From assembly GCA_038242555.1 (NCBI GenBank), contig JBBSRZ010000001.1, forward strand, positions 14,062-78,061: a DNA stretch of 64,000 nucleotides, given 5' to 3'. Below the pieces are notes generated by a model. The model did no database searches, was not told the DNA's origin, and was given only the letters and a program-made list of their open reading frames with translations. Below are positions 32,723 to 42,468 of the stretch, piece by piece; the first letter of the stretch is position 1; every line of letters starts with the position of its first letter. The translations under genes and the position numbers were made by a program. The stretch comes from Flavobacteriales bacterium (GTDB lineage Bacteria > Bacteroidota > Bacteroidia > Flavobacteriales > Weeksellaceae).

Positions 32723-33364
32723 ATGGAATATAATACTAGCAAAACGCAACTCCAAATACCAGAATACGGTCGAATTATACAGCAACTCGTTGAGCGTTGC
32801 AAAGAACTTGAAGATAGAGACGAACGTAATGAAATGGCCACCGCGATCGTTGATTTTATGGGTCAAAGAAACCCGCAACTTCGCGACGAATCGAATTACA
32901 AACATAAACTGTGGGATCATCTTTTTATTCTGGCTAGTTATGATTTAGATGTGGTTTCGCCGTACCATATTCCGACACCCGAAGAAATGCAGGTGAAGCC
33001 GAAAAGAATGGAATATCCGAAGCTTCAAGGCGATTTTAAATTCTACGGAAAAAGTATTTTGCAGTTGATCGATAAAGCAATAGAACTCGAATCAGGCGAC
33101 GAAAAAGACGCATTGATTCAGGTGATTGCCAACAATATGAAAAAATCCTACAATGTTTATAATAAAGAACATGTGCAGGATGAGGTGATTTTCCGTCATT
33201 TAAAAGATTTATCAGAAAACAGATTAGACTTAACAATTCTAGATTCTTTAGAGAAAAGCAAGATTTATTACGCAACGAACAGAGTTAATAAATCGAACCC
33301 GAGAAACAATCCGAAAACTCAAAACAACAGAAAGAATTTTCAGAATAACAAAAACAGGAAATAA
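32723..33364 (+). CDS. DUF4290 family protein
   Basis: MEYNT...IPEYGR, HKLWDHL, IANNMKKSY; precedes murA. Confidence 0.88.
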   Translation: MEYNTSKTQLQIPEYGRIIQQLVERCKELEDRDERNEMATAIVDFMGQRNPQLRDESNYKHKLWDHLFILASYDLDVVSPYHIPTPEEMQVKPKRMEYPKLQGDFKFYGKSILQLIDKAIELESGDEKDALIQVIANNMKKSYNVYNKEHVQDEVIFRHLKDLSENRLDLTILDSLEKSKIYYATNRVNKSNPRNNPKTQNNRKNFQNNKNRK

Positions 33365-33366
33365 GA

Positions 33367-34674
33367 ATGAGCGGAAGTTTTCGAATTAGAGGAGGAAAAA
33401 AACTGCATGGTGAAATTACACCGCAAGGTGCTAAGAATGAAGCGCTTCAGATATTATGTGCAGTATTGTTGACGGATGAAGAAGTACGCATAAAAAACAT
33501 TCCTGATATCCATGATGTTAATCGACTGATTGAAATTCTAGGCGACTTTGGTGTTAAAATAACCAAGAATGCCCACGGCGATTATTCTTTTCAAGCGGAT
33601 TCAGTTAATTTCGATTATATTAAATCCGAAGAATTTAAACAAGATGGCGCAAAACTGCGTGGATCGATCATGTTGCTCGGACCGATTCTAGCCAGATATG
33701 GTGAAGCTTATATGCCAACGCCTGGTGGAGATAAAATTGGAAGAAGACGTTTAGATACGCACTTTCGAGGATTGGTAGGGTTAGGCGCTGAATTTAAATA
33801 TGATGAAAAGGAAGGATTCTATACTTTAAAAGCAAAAGAACTTCACGGTAATTTTATTCTGCTAGAAGAAGCTTCTGTGACCGGAACTGCAAATATTATT
33901 ATGGCTGCAGTTTTAGCGAAAGGTGAAACTAAAATTTACAATGCTGCCTGCGAACCGTATTTGCAACAACTGTGTAAAATGCTCAACAGAATGGGCGCCA
34001 ATATTTTAGGGATTGGATCTAATTTATTGACAATAGAAGGCGTAACAACCTTGCACGGCACCGAACATACGATGTTACCAGATATGGTTGAAATCGGTTC
34101 TTGGATCGGTTTAGCAGCCATGACTAAATCTGAAATTACCATTAAAAATGTAAATTGGGATGAACTCGGTGTGATTCCAAATACTTTTAAAAAATTAGGA
34201 ATCGATCTAGAAAGAAGAGGTGATGATATTTTTATTCCGGCTCAGGAAAATTATACCATTAAGAAATTCATCGATGGTTCTATTCTAACCGTTTCAGATG
34301 CGCCTTGGCCAGGATTTACACCTGATTTATTATCTATTGTTTTAGTAGTTGCAACTCAGGCAAAAGGAACCGTGCTCGTTCATCAAAAGATGTTTGAATC
34401 TAGATTGTTCTTTGTTGATAAATTGATTGATATGGGCGCGCAGATCATTTTGTGCGATCCTCATAGAGCAACAGTGGTTGGATTAAATCATGAATATCCA
34501 CTGCGCGGAACGACTTTGTTTTCCCCTGATATTAGAGCAGGAAATGCTTTATTAATTGCCGCGCTTTCCGCAGAAGGAACTTCAATTATTAATAATATTG
34601 AGCAAATCGACCGTGGTTATGAAAATATAGATGGAAGATTAAGAGCGCTTGGCGCTGATATCGAAAGAATTTAA
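33367..34674 (+). CDS. murA: UDP-N-acetylglucosamine 1-carboxyvinyltransferase
   Basis: GAKN, LRGS, PGGDKIGRR, SVTGT, PDIRAG, IDRGYE. Confidence 0.96.
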   Translation: MSGSFRIRGGKKLHGEITPQGAKNEALQILCAVLLTDEEVRIKNIPDIHDVNRLIEILGDFGVKITKNAHGDYSFQADSVNFDYIKSEEFKQDGAKLRGSIMLLGPILARYGEAYMPTPGGDKIGRRRLDTHFRGLVGLGAEFKYDEKEGFYTLKAKELHGNFILLEEASVTGTANIIMAAVLAKGETKIYNAACEPYLQQLCKMLNRMGANILGIGSNLLTIEGVTTLHGTEHTMLPDMVEIGSWIGLAAMTKSEITIKNVNWDELGVIPNTFKKLGIDLERRGDDIFIPAQENYTIKKFIDGSILTVSDAPWPGFTPDLLSIVLVVATQAKGTVLVHQKMFESRLFFVDKLIDMGAQIILCDPHRATVVGLNHEYPLRGTTLFSPDIRAGNALLIAALSAEGTSIINNIEQIDRGYENIDGRLRALGADIERI

Positions 34675-34693
34675 ACTTCCACATTTTAAAGAG

Positions 34694-34726
34694 AAAAAAA
34701 CGTTCTGAGAATTTCAGAACGTTTTT
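34694..34726. terminator. Bidirectional terminator
   Basis: aaaaacgttctga-gaatt-tcagaacgttttt. Confidence 0.8.
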
Positions 34727-34733
34727 GTTGTTA

Positions 34734-36659
34734 TTACCAGCCGCCACCGCCACCGCCTCCTCCACCACCGCCAGAGAATCCTCCTCCGCCCGAACCACTG
34801 CCAGAACTGGAAGGTTGCGTAGAAGAACTCGCGATTGATTGCGATAAAGAGGAAGTTAAAGTATTGGTAAAGTTCATGTTCATCAGCGAAGCACCAACAA
34901 ACCAATTTGATTGATATCCTTGCGCACCTAAAGATGAATTTTTCAACATGCATTGGAACTTATCGCCCCAGATTTTATCTACGCCTAAAACCATCGCATA
35001 AGGCAAAAAGGTTTCAAAAACTGTTGGCGTCATTTTCGGAGGATTATGAAACTGCAACATTTTTTCTTCAGCCGTGCCCAAGTACATTTTAAAACCTTCG
35101 ATCAGCGATTGGGTCTCTAGTTTTTCCGGAGTAGGTTGTTTGATCAGGTATTGGAAAAGTACCATTCCGATAAAACCAAAAATTAAAAAACCATAACTAG
35201 CATAGAAGCCCAGATTTTCTGATCTTTGGGTATCAACCGAAAATAAAGTTACGAGAAGAGCAATCATTCCGAGTGAAATAAAAGCAAACAGAACTTTTAT
35301 AGCGTTTGATCGTTCGAATAAAACCGAAAGAAAAACTCCTACAAACAGAGCGCCTGCACCTAAAGGAATTCCGGCACCCATATGAAGATCGCTGTAACTT
35401 ACTTGATAACTGAAATATAACCCAAGTCCATACAAGACCGCAATCACAATGATGGGTAGATATAATTTCCTGGTATTATTTCCTTTTTTTAGAAATGGAT
35501 CGTGCTGAAATTTAAGACTTGCTTTAAAATCGTTCACTGCATATTCTATTTTTGAATTGTATTTTCCATCAAATGAAACCGTGATCGCTTCGCCGGAAAA
35601 TAATTTGTTCATCAGGTTAATCTCCTCTTTTGGTAAAGTTTCATCCTGCTCTTTAATTTTTTCTAAAGTATATTCTTTACCACCGAAAATTCCTAAAACT
35701 CTTTTGTCGTCTTCGATGATTTTAATGAAACCTTTAACCGCTAAACTGACGATAGAAGCGGTGATCATTTGATCTTCGTAATATTCATTTTCTAAATATC
35801 CTAAGGAAGCGGGAGATAAATTCTGAGGCGAATTAAATTGAGGATAAACAATCGGTTTCTGAGGATCAACTCCGTATTTTTGCCAACTGGTGTAAAAATA
35901 GGCTAGCAAACCTAAAGCCGCCAAAAGAAGTACTGCTAAAACCCCATATTTCTCTAAAAACCCCGGTGGAGGCGGAGGAGTGAAAATTCCCCTATTGAAA
36001 CCAACGGCAATTGTTAAACCTTCGTTACGACCTAAGTTCTTTGCCGACCATTCTATAGTATTTGAAGTTAACTGTTTCCCTGTACAATTAGAAGTTTCCG
36101 AACCGTAGTTTCCCGTATAGCAAGATTGTTGTAAAATCTCAGCGCCTTCTGGCAACGTCACTTTTGCGGAAATTTTATCCACTGGAAAATCCCATAAACC
36201 GCCATTCACATTCCAATAAAACTCATCATATTTATCGAAGAATCCGATCTGATCAGATGTTTTGTAGGTGAGTTCGTATTCATAAATTCCGGGATTTAAG
36301 ATGACATCTTTGCTTCCAAAATAGATTCCAAGATCAGAATTAGTTTTATCTGTGCGATAATTTTCTTTGGATCCATCTTTTTTGATGGAAATAATATCAT
36401 ATTTAATTCTAATGTTCTTCCCGTTAATATTACGCGATAAAGGAAGAGAACGAAAAATTCCTCTTTTAATAATATTACCGTCGGCGTAAACTTTGATTTT
36501 TTCCGTAATCGTAGTTTCAGCATCTTTTGAAATTACAATGTCTGAATGAAAGGAGAAGATGTGCTCATAATTATACACATCATTATCATTTATATCCAAA
36601 TCTTGTGCAATTCCAAAACTGAAAAACAGTAGGAAAAAACCTAATATTAAACGTTTCAT
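34734..36659 (-). CDS. DUF2207 family membrane protein
   Basis: DEFYWNV, LPYAMVLGV, Gly-rich C-terminus GGGGGGGGGGW. Confidence 0.9.
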   Translation of the reverse strand: MKRLILGFFLLFFSFGIAQDLDINDNDVYNYEHIFSFHSDIVISKDAETTITEKIKVYADGNIIKRGIFRSLPLSRNINGKNIRIKYDIISIKKDGSKENYRTDKTNSDLGIYFGSKDVILNPGIYEYELTYKTSDQIGFFDKYDEFYWNVNGGLWDFPVDKISAKVTLPEGAEILQQSCYTGNYGSETSNCTGKQLTSNTIEWSAKNLGRNEGLTIAVGFNRGIFTPPPPPGFLEKYGVLAVLLLAALGLLAYFYTSWQKYGVDPQKPIVYPQFNSPQNLSPASLGYLENEYYEDQMITASIVSLAVKGFIKIIEDDKRVLGIFGGKEYTLEKIKEQDETLPKEEINLMNKLFSGEAITVSFDGKYNSKIEYAVNDFKASLKFQHDPFLKKGNNTRKLYLPIIVIAVLYGLGLYFSYQVSYSDLHMGAGIPLGAGALFVGVFLSVLFERSNAIKVLFAFISLGMIALLVTLFSVDTQRSENLGFYASYGFLIFGFIGMVLFQYLIKQPTPEKLETQSLIEGFKMYLGTAEEKMLQFHNPPKMTPTVFETFLPYAMVLGVDKIWGDKFQCMLKNSSLGAQGYQSNWFVGASLMNMNFTNTLTSSLSQSIASSSTQPSSSGSGSGGGGFSGGGGGGGGGGGW

Positions 36660-36663
36660 AGGC

Positions 36664-37218
36664 TTAGAATTTTATGCTCGGCACGGCTCTCTCAGCAACA
36701 TTTTCAAGTTCGAAGAAAGTGGCTTTTGTAAATTTGTACATATTGGCGATGAAATTACTTGGGAATGTTTCGACCAAAATGTTATTCTCTCGAACGGTTC
36801 CATTATAATATCTTCTCGATTTTTCGATGTCACCTTCCAACGCAGAAAGTTCCCCTTGAAGTTGGAGAAAATTTGTATTCGCTTTTAAATCTGGATATTG
36901 TTCTGCAACAGCATTCAGATTCATCATCGCTTGATTCAGGTTTTTTTCTGCTGCTTCTTTTGCCTGAATACCATCAGCATTGATTGCTGCAGTTCTTGCT
37001 CTCGTTACACTTTCAAATGTTTCGCGTTCGTGTGTCGCATACCCTTTTACAGTTTCGACCAAGTTGGGAATTAAATCGTGTCTCTTTTTCAGCATCACAT
37101 CAATACTGCTCCAGGCTTCTTGAACCATCGTTCGAAGTTTTACGAGTCTATTGTAAATGGAAACTCCATAAAATAAAACTACCGGGACAAGCGCCAGAAT
37201 AATTAAAATCACAGTCAT
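36664..37218 (-). CDS. lemA: LemA family protein
   Basis: YNRLV, RHDLIPNLVETVKGY, YPDLKAN, RRYYN. Confidence 0.95.
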   Translation of the reverse strand: MTVILIILALVPVVLFYGVSIYNRLVKLRTMVQEAWSSIDVMLKKRHDLIPNLVETVKGYATHERETFESVTRARTAAINADGIQAKEAAEKNLNQAMMNLNAVAEQYPDLKANTNFLQLQGELSALEGDIEKSRRYYNGTVRENNILVETFPSNFIANMYKFTKATFFELENVAERAVPSIKF

Positions 37219-37413
37219 AACTTAAGTTTTTAGTTGTTTTCTTTTTTGTGAATATCAGTTGTCTTTTATTATAATTAAAGATCAAAAGATGTTGAAAGTT
37301 ACAAATATTAACATTAATATATAGAGACCTCAAAAAAAACTATCTTTGCAAAAATTTTTGGGCTCGAATAGTTCGAGTAACCCATTAATAATGTAATTAT
37401 TAAACAAAATTTT

Positions 37414-38721
37414 ATGTCGAATATTATCGCCATAGTAGGGCGTCCGAATGTAGGAAAGTCCACTCTTTTTAACCGCTTTCTCGAACGAAGAGAAGCAATC
37501 GTAGATTCAACCGCTGGAGTTACCAGAGACCGTCATTACGGAAAATCTGACTGGAATGGAGTTGAATTTACCGTAATCGACACTGGAGGTTATGAAGTGG
37601 ATACTGAAGATGCATTTCAAGGAGAAATAATCAAACAGGTTGAATTAGCAGTTGATGAAGCGACCTCGATCATCTTTATGATGAACGTTGCTGAGGGTTT
37701 GACAGATACTGATATCGAAATTCATGAAATGTTACGCCGTTCCAATAAGCCGGTGTACATTGTGGTTAACAAAGCAGATTCTGCAAAAGAAGAATTGGCG
37801 GCCACAGAATTTTATCAGTTAGGAATTGAAAAATATTATACCATGTCTTCTGCCACAGGTTCTGGAACCGGAGAGTTGTTGGATGATATCGTAAAAGATT
37901 TCCCGACTACCGAATACAAAGATCCTTTCGAAGGTTTACCAAAAATTACAATTGCAGGGAGACCAAATGTTGGAAAATCTACTTTAACCAACGCACTTTT
38001 AGACAAAGAACAAAATATTGTAACTGATGTTGCTGGAACCACCCGTGATTCTATCCAAACTTTATACAATAAATTTGGACACGAATTCGTGTTGGTTGAT
38101 ACGGCCGGAATGCGTCGTAAGGCAAAAGTAAAAGAAGATTTAGAATTTTATTCAGTGATGCGATCTGTTCGTTCTATTGAGTATTCTGACGTGGTAATTA
38201 TCATGGTTGATGCCACTTTAGGTTGGGAATCTCAAGATATGAACATTTTCGGATTGGCTCAGAAAAATAGAAAAGGAATTGTAATCGTGGTAAATAAATG
38301 GGATTTGGTTGAAAAATTAACCAATACGACCCGGGATTTCGAAGCGCAGATTAAAGAGAAAATCGGTCAATTTACGGACATTCCGATTTTATTTATCTCA
38401 GCTTTGACGAAACAACGAATTTTGAAATCGGTAGAAGTGGCGATGGAAGTTTTCGAGAACAGAGCGAAGAAAATTAAAACTTCAAAACTAAATGAAGTAA
38501 TGCTACCGGTATTTGAAGCAACGCCGCCACCAGCATTGAAGGGGAAATATGTGAAAATTAAATACTGTGTACAGTTGCCAACGCCGAGCCCACAGTTTGT
38601 ATTCTTCTGTAATTTACCGCAATATGTGAAAGAAGCGTATAAGAGATTTACTGAAAATCAACTTCGAAAACATTTCGGATTTACCGGAGTTCCTATTGAA
38701 GTTTACTTCCGTCAGAAATAA
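37414..38721 (+). CDS. der: Ribosome biogenesis GTPase Der
   Basis: Two GRPNVGKS G1 motifs, DTGG/DTAG; TATCTTTG at 37341. Confidence 0.98.
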   Translation: MSNIIAIVGRPNVGKSTLFNRFLERREAIVDSTAGVTRDRHYGKSDWNGVEFTVIDTGGYEVDTEDAFQGEIIKQVELAVDEATSIIFMMNVAEGLTDTDIEIHEMLRRSNKPVYIVVNKADSAKEELAATEFYQLGIEKYYTMSSATGSGTGELLDDIVKDFPTTEYKDPFEGLPKITIAGRPNVGKSTLTNALLDKEQNIVTDVAGTTRDSIQTLYNKFGHEFVLVDTAGMRRKAKVKEDLEFYSVMRSVRSIEYSDVVIIMVDATLGWESQDMNIFGLAQKNRKGIVIVVNKWDLVEKLTNTTRDFEAQIKEKIGQFTDIPILFISALTKQRILKSVEVAMEVFENRAKKIKTSKLNEVMLPVFEATPPPALKGKYVKIKYCVQLPTPSPQFVFFCNLPQYVKEAYKRFTENQLRKHFGFTGVPIEVYFRQK

Positions 38722-38727
38722 TATTTT

Positions 38728-38753
38728 AAGAAGCAACATTCGTGTTGCTTCTT
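38728..38753 (+). terminator. Perfect hairpin after der
   Basis: aagaagcaaca-ttcg-tgttgcttctt. Confidence 0.65.
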
Positions 38754-38761
38754 TCATTTTC

Positions 38762-38831
38762 GGTCCCGCTTTCCGCTTTACCCTTTTGCTGCACTTTGTT
38801 TCGCAAAAGGATGTCGCTTTAATCGGGGCTA
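38762..38831 (-). repeat. GGAAATCC-family intergenic element (divergent copy)
   Basis: Reverse complement agccccgattaaagcgacatcc...aaagcggaaagcgggacc. Confidence 0.55.
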
Positions 38832-39047
38832 GAAGAAAGATTAGATTGTAATACGAGAGTTTGTGAATTGTCATTAACACAAATAGTAAATAGCTACTCA
38901 TTAATATTTTTAAATCATTATTTTAAAAAAAACTTTTCGGCGCTCGCTTCGCTCGCGCTCCTAAGTAAATTTGGACCTCTTCGATATTAAGAAAAATATT
39001 AATATAATTTTCCGAACTTTATAGCCTAAAATAATCACATCAATATT

Positions 39048-39698
39048 ATGATTACAGTTCTTTCAGATAACTTTTCGCTCGTTAATACTTGGATCAATGA
39101 ACTTCGAAATGTTGACATTCAAACTGACCGATTAAGATTCCGTCGCAATATGGAACGAATCGGTGAAATCGCCGCGTTCGAAATTAGTAAAAGTTTGGAA
39201 ACGGAAGAAGTTGAAATTACTACGCCTTTAACTCAAATTAAAGTGACCGAAGTTTCTGTTCAACCTGTGATTACGACGATCTTAAGAGCTGGAGTTCCGT
39301 TATTTCAAGGAATTTTAAATTATTTGGACAAAGCAGACTGTGGTTTTGTAGCGGCTTATCGTAAACATGATGCCAATGATTATTTTTCCATTAAACAAGA
39401 TTATTTAACCTGTCCGAGTATTGATGGTAGACCTTTAATCGTCGCTGATCCAATGTTAGCGACTGGCGCAAGTTTAATTGAAGCAATAAAAGATTTACTC
39501 AATCACGGAAAACCAACACAACTTCACATTGTGGCGGCCATTGCTTCTCAGCAAGGAATTGATACGATTCAAAAGGCTTATCCGGAAGCGAAAATTTGGG
39601 TGGGAGTGATTGATGAAGGATTAACATCCAAAGGATATATAACACCAGGACTAGGTGATGCTGGAGATTTATCGTACGGTGAAAAATTACAGAGATAA
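39048..39698 (+). CDS. upp: Uracil phosphoribosyltransferase
   Basis: ILRAG, DPMLATGAS, GYITPGLGDAGD. Confidence 0.97.
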   Translation: MITVLSDNFSLVNTWINELRNVDIQTDRLRFRRNMERIGEIAAFEISKSLETEEVEITTPLTQIKVTEVSVQPVITTILRAGVPLFQGILNYLDKADCGFVAAYRKHDANDYFSIKQDYLTCPSIDGRPLIVADPMLATGASLIEAIKDLLNHGKPTQLHIVAAIASQQGIDTIQKAYPEAKIWVGVIDEGLTSKGYITPGLGDAGDLSYGEKLQR

Positions 39699-39751
39699 AA
39701 TAATTTTATTTTTAAAAGACCAAATCCTTCTCCTTTCGAGGGGGATTTTTA

Positions 39752-40405
39752 TTAATCCATCGCCATTACCAAAATACTCACTTTATTATTTCCAGCTTTC
39801 AAAATCTGCCAGGCAACGGCGCTCATCGTATTTCCAGTGGTGAAAACGTCATCGATTAATAAAACATGTTTGTCAGAAATATCTTTAGTAATCGAAAATA
39901 AATTTTCATTAAAAGTTCTCTGCGCTCGACGTTTTTTCGCTTGTGCTTTTTTGTAGAAGTTTCTTTTAATTAAAGTATGATCACAGTCAATTTTTAAGTT
40001 GTCAGAAAGCGTATCTCCGAAAAGATGCAATTGATTATATCCTCGTTCTTTCTCTTTTTTAGGATGAAGCGGAACGGTCACCAACAGATCGAATTTCTCA
40101 TGCGCTAAATCCAACTTATCCAAAGTCCACGTGCCAACGATCTTTCCTATTTTCTCTCGACTACCATATTTTAGTTGGTGGATTATTTTCTGACCGGTGC
40201 TTTCTTCTTCGAATTGCATTAAGGCAAATGCGTTTTCAACGGGAAAAAGAAGACGACATTTTTCAAGTAAAAGATTACTTTCAGAATAATGATGATGGGT
40301 GAAATGAATCTGGTCAAAGCATAATTCACAAACCAGTTCATCGTGATCAATGATGCGATTGCACTCTAAACATCGATTCGGGAAAAGTAAATCCAATAAA
40401 AACAT
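39752..40405 (-). CDS. ComF family (phosphoribosyltransferase-like) protein
   Basis: N-terminal CxxC pairs, VPLH, RGYNQ, LIDDVFTTG. Confidence 0.92.
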   Translation of the reverse strand: MFLLDLLFPNRCLECNRIIDHDELVCELCFDQIHFTHHHYSESNLLLEKCRLLFPVENAFALMQFEEESTGQKIIHQLKYGSREKIGKIVGTWTLDKLDLAHEKFDLLVTVPLHPKKEKERGYNQLHLFGDTLSDNLKIDCDHTLIKRNFYKKAQAKKRRAQRTFNENLFSITKDISDKHVLLIDDVFTTGNTMSAVAWQILKAGNNKVSILVMAMD

Positions 40406-40567
40406 AGTTTATTTGTTAAAACTAAATTACAAATTCATTTTAAATGGAAGTTAGCTTGATTTTAGAATTTCTGAATGGATTTAATTTAATCTGTGTCTTT
40501 ATCTTTAAACTTAAAAACGCATTTTACTTATTCTCAGAAAAGTTGAAACTTTCTTTATCTTTGCAGA

Positions 40568-41014
40568 ATGATACGCATCACCAAGATTTTCACTTTCGAA
40601 ACTGCCCACGTTCTCTACAACTACGACGGCAAATGCAAAAATATGCACGGACATTCCTACAAACTTTTTGTTACGGTAAAAGGGAATCCAATAGAAGATT
40701 TAGACCACCCAAAAAATGGAATGGTTGTCGATTTTGGTGATATTAAAAAAATTGTAAAATCAGAAATTCTTAACGTTTGGGATCATGCCGTGATGCTGAA
40801 TGGACTTTCACCGCACAAAAAATTGGGTGAAGATTTGGAGCAACAAGGTCATAAAGTAATTTATTGCGATTATCAACCGACTTGCGAAAATATGCTTTAT
40901 GACATCGCTGATAAAATAAAAAGCAAACTTCCAGATACCGTGACTTTGGCTTATCTTAAACTTCACGAAACCGAAAACTCCTACGGAGAATGGTTTGCAG
41001 AGGATAATTCTTAA
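40568..41014 (+). CDS. queD: 6-carboxytetrahydropterin synthase (QueD)
   Basis: CKNMHGHSY, VDFG, DH, PTCEN, ET. Confidence 0.85.
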   Translation: MIRITKIFTFETAHVLYNYDGKCKNMHGHSYKLFVTVKGNPIEDLDHPKNGMVVDFGDIKKIVKSEILNVWDHAVMLNGLSPHKKLGEDLEQQGHKVIYCDYQPTCENMLYDIADKIKSKLPDTVTLAYLKLHETENSYGEWFAEDNS

Positions 41015-41118
41015 AAGTATTAAACACCAATTATACCATTAGAAATCACTAATTACTCGATTTTATTATTTGTCTAATTTGTGAAAAAGATTAGCGCCAT
41101 TTGTGTTAGATTTAAAAT

Positions 41119-41883
41119 ATGAAAATCAAACTAGAACCCAACAAAAAAATTTACTTCGCTTCCGATCAGCATTTTGGGGCGCCAACTCCTAAAGAAAGTA
41201 AGGTTCGAGAAGAGAAATTTATCCGTTGGTTAGATGAAATAAAATCTGATGCACAGGTTTTGTTTCTGATGGGCGATCTGTTCGATTTTTGGCATGAATG
41301 GAATCATGTGATTCCAAAAGGATACGTTCGCGTTTTAGGAAAATTGGCAGAACTAAAAGATTCTGGAATCGAACTTTTTATGTTCGTTGGCAATCATGAT
41401 TTGTGGATGAAAAATTATTTTGAAGAAGAGATCGGATGTAAAGTTTTTTTCGAAAAGCAGTATTTTGAAATTAACGACCAGACTTTTCTTCTCGCGCACG
41501 GTGACGGTTTAGGTCCAGGTGATAAAGGCTATAAAAGAATGAAAAAACTCTTCACCAATCCTGTTGCACAGTGGGCCTTTAGATGGTTGCATCCAGATAT
41601 TGCGATGAAAATTGCGATCTATGCATCCACCAAAAATAAAATGATTTCTGGTGAGGAAGACAAGGCTTTTTTAGGCGAAGACAAAGAGTTTTTAATTCTC
41701 TATTCTAAAGAAAAATTGAAGACTGAAAAAATAGATTTTTTCGTTTATGGTCATAGGCATTTACCGATGGTTTTGGATTTAGAAAACGGAAAAGCCAAGT
41801 ACATCAACCTAGGTGATTGGATTTCTTACTTCACTTACGGTGAGTTTTCTACTGATTTTGAATTGAAGACTTTCGATCGATAA
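41119..41883 (+). CDS. lpxH: UDP-2,3-diacylglucosamine diphosphatase (LpxH-like metallophosphoesterase)
   Basis: SDQH, GDLFD, GNHD, HGD, GHRH, NLGDW. Confidence 0.85.
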   Translation: MKIKLEPNKKIYFASDQHFGAPTPKESKVREEKFIRWLDEIKSDAQVLFLMGDLFDFWHEWNHVIPKGYVRVLGKLAELKDSGIELFMFVGNHDLWMKNYFEEEIGCKVFFEKQYFEINDQTFLLAHGDGLGPGDKGYKRMKKLFTNPVAQWAFRWLHPDIAMKIAIYASTKNKMISGEEDKAFLGEDKEFLILYSKEKLKTEKIDFFVYGHRHLPMVLDLENGKAKYINLGDWISYFTYGEFSTDFELKTFDR

Positions 41884-41968
41884 ATTTTGAAGGCATTATC
41901 TTTGCGAACGTGATTTCAATTCAATTTGCGGCAAAAAACTTCCTGCTTTTAAACCTTAATTATTTTTT

Positions 41969-42382
41969 ATGAAAAATTTTATTTTCGCTTTTATATTTGC
42001 GATGATCTCAACGACCGCCTTTGGTCAGAGTGCAGAAAAAACTTACCAACTTTCAAGTCATATTTTGGATATTTCTAAAGGGATGCCAGCGGTTGGAGTA
42101 ACCATCAAACTAGAAAAGTATTTACCAGAAACGAAAACGTGGGCATTTGCAGATGAGAAAGTAACTGATAAAAGTGGGCGAGTTCCTAATTTCTTAGACA
42201 GCAGCGCTGCAAATAATGGAATTTATAAACTGACGTACTACACGAAAGAATATTTTAAAAAAAGTGGAACTGAAAGTTTTTATCCGTGGGTAGAAGTAGT
42301 GTTCCAAATTTCAGATAGTACGCATTATCACGTGCCGATCACGCTTTCTGCGTACGGTTATTCAACATACAGAGGAAACTAG
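41969..42382 (+). CDS. uraH: Hydroxyisourate hydrolase (transthyretin-like), with signal peptide
   Basis: LSSHILD, GR, FYP, HYHVP, YSTYRGN. Confidence 0.92.
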   Translation: MKNFIFAFIFAMISTTAFGQSAEKTYQLSSHILDISKGMPAVGVTIKLEKYLPETKTWAFADEKVTDKSGRVPNFLDSSAANNGIYKLTYYTKEYFKKSGTESFYPWVEVVFQISDSTHYHVPITLSAYGYSTYRGN

Positions 42383-42407
42383 AAATGTTTCTTGAATTAA
42401 AAGGTTT

Positions 42408-42443
42408 AGCGGAATTCAATAATAAATTTTGAATTCCGCTTTT
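42408..42443 (+). terminator. Terminator after uraH
   Basis: agcggaattcaa...ttgaattccgct followed by T residues. Confidence 0.7.
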
Positions 42444-42468
42444 CTTTTGGGACTTTTGCAAATCAAAT

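Noticed and set aside
34734-34805. GC-rich CCA/CCG triplet repeat
   Set aside because: It encodes the normal Gly-rich tail of DUF2207 proteins.
41015-41118. Possible degenerate cactaatt/attag repeat between queD and lpxH
   Set aside because: Single, highly degenerate instance; cannot be supported within this window.
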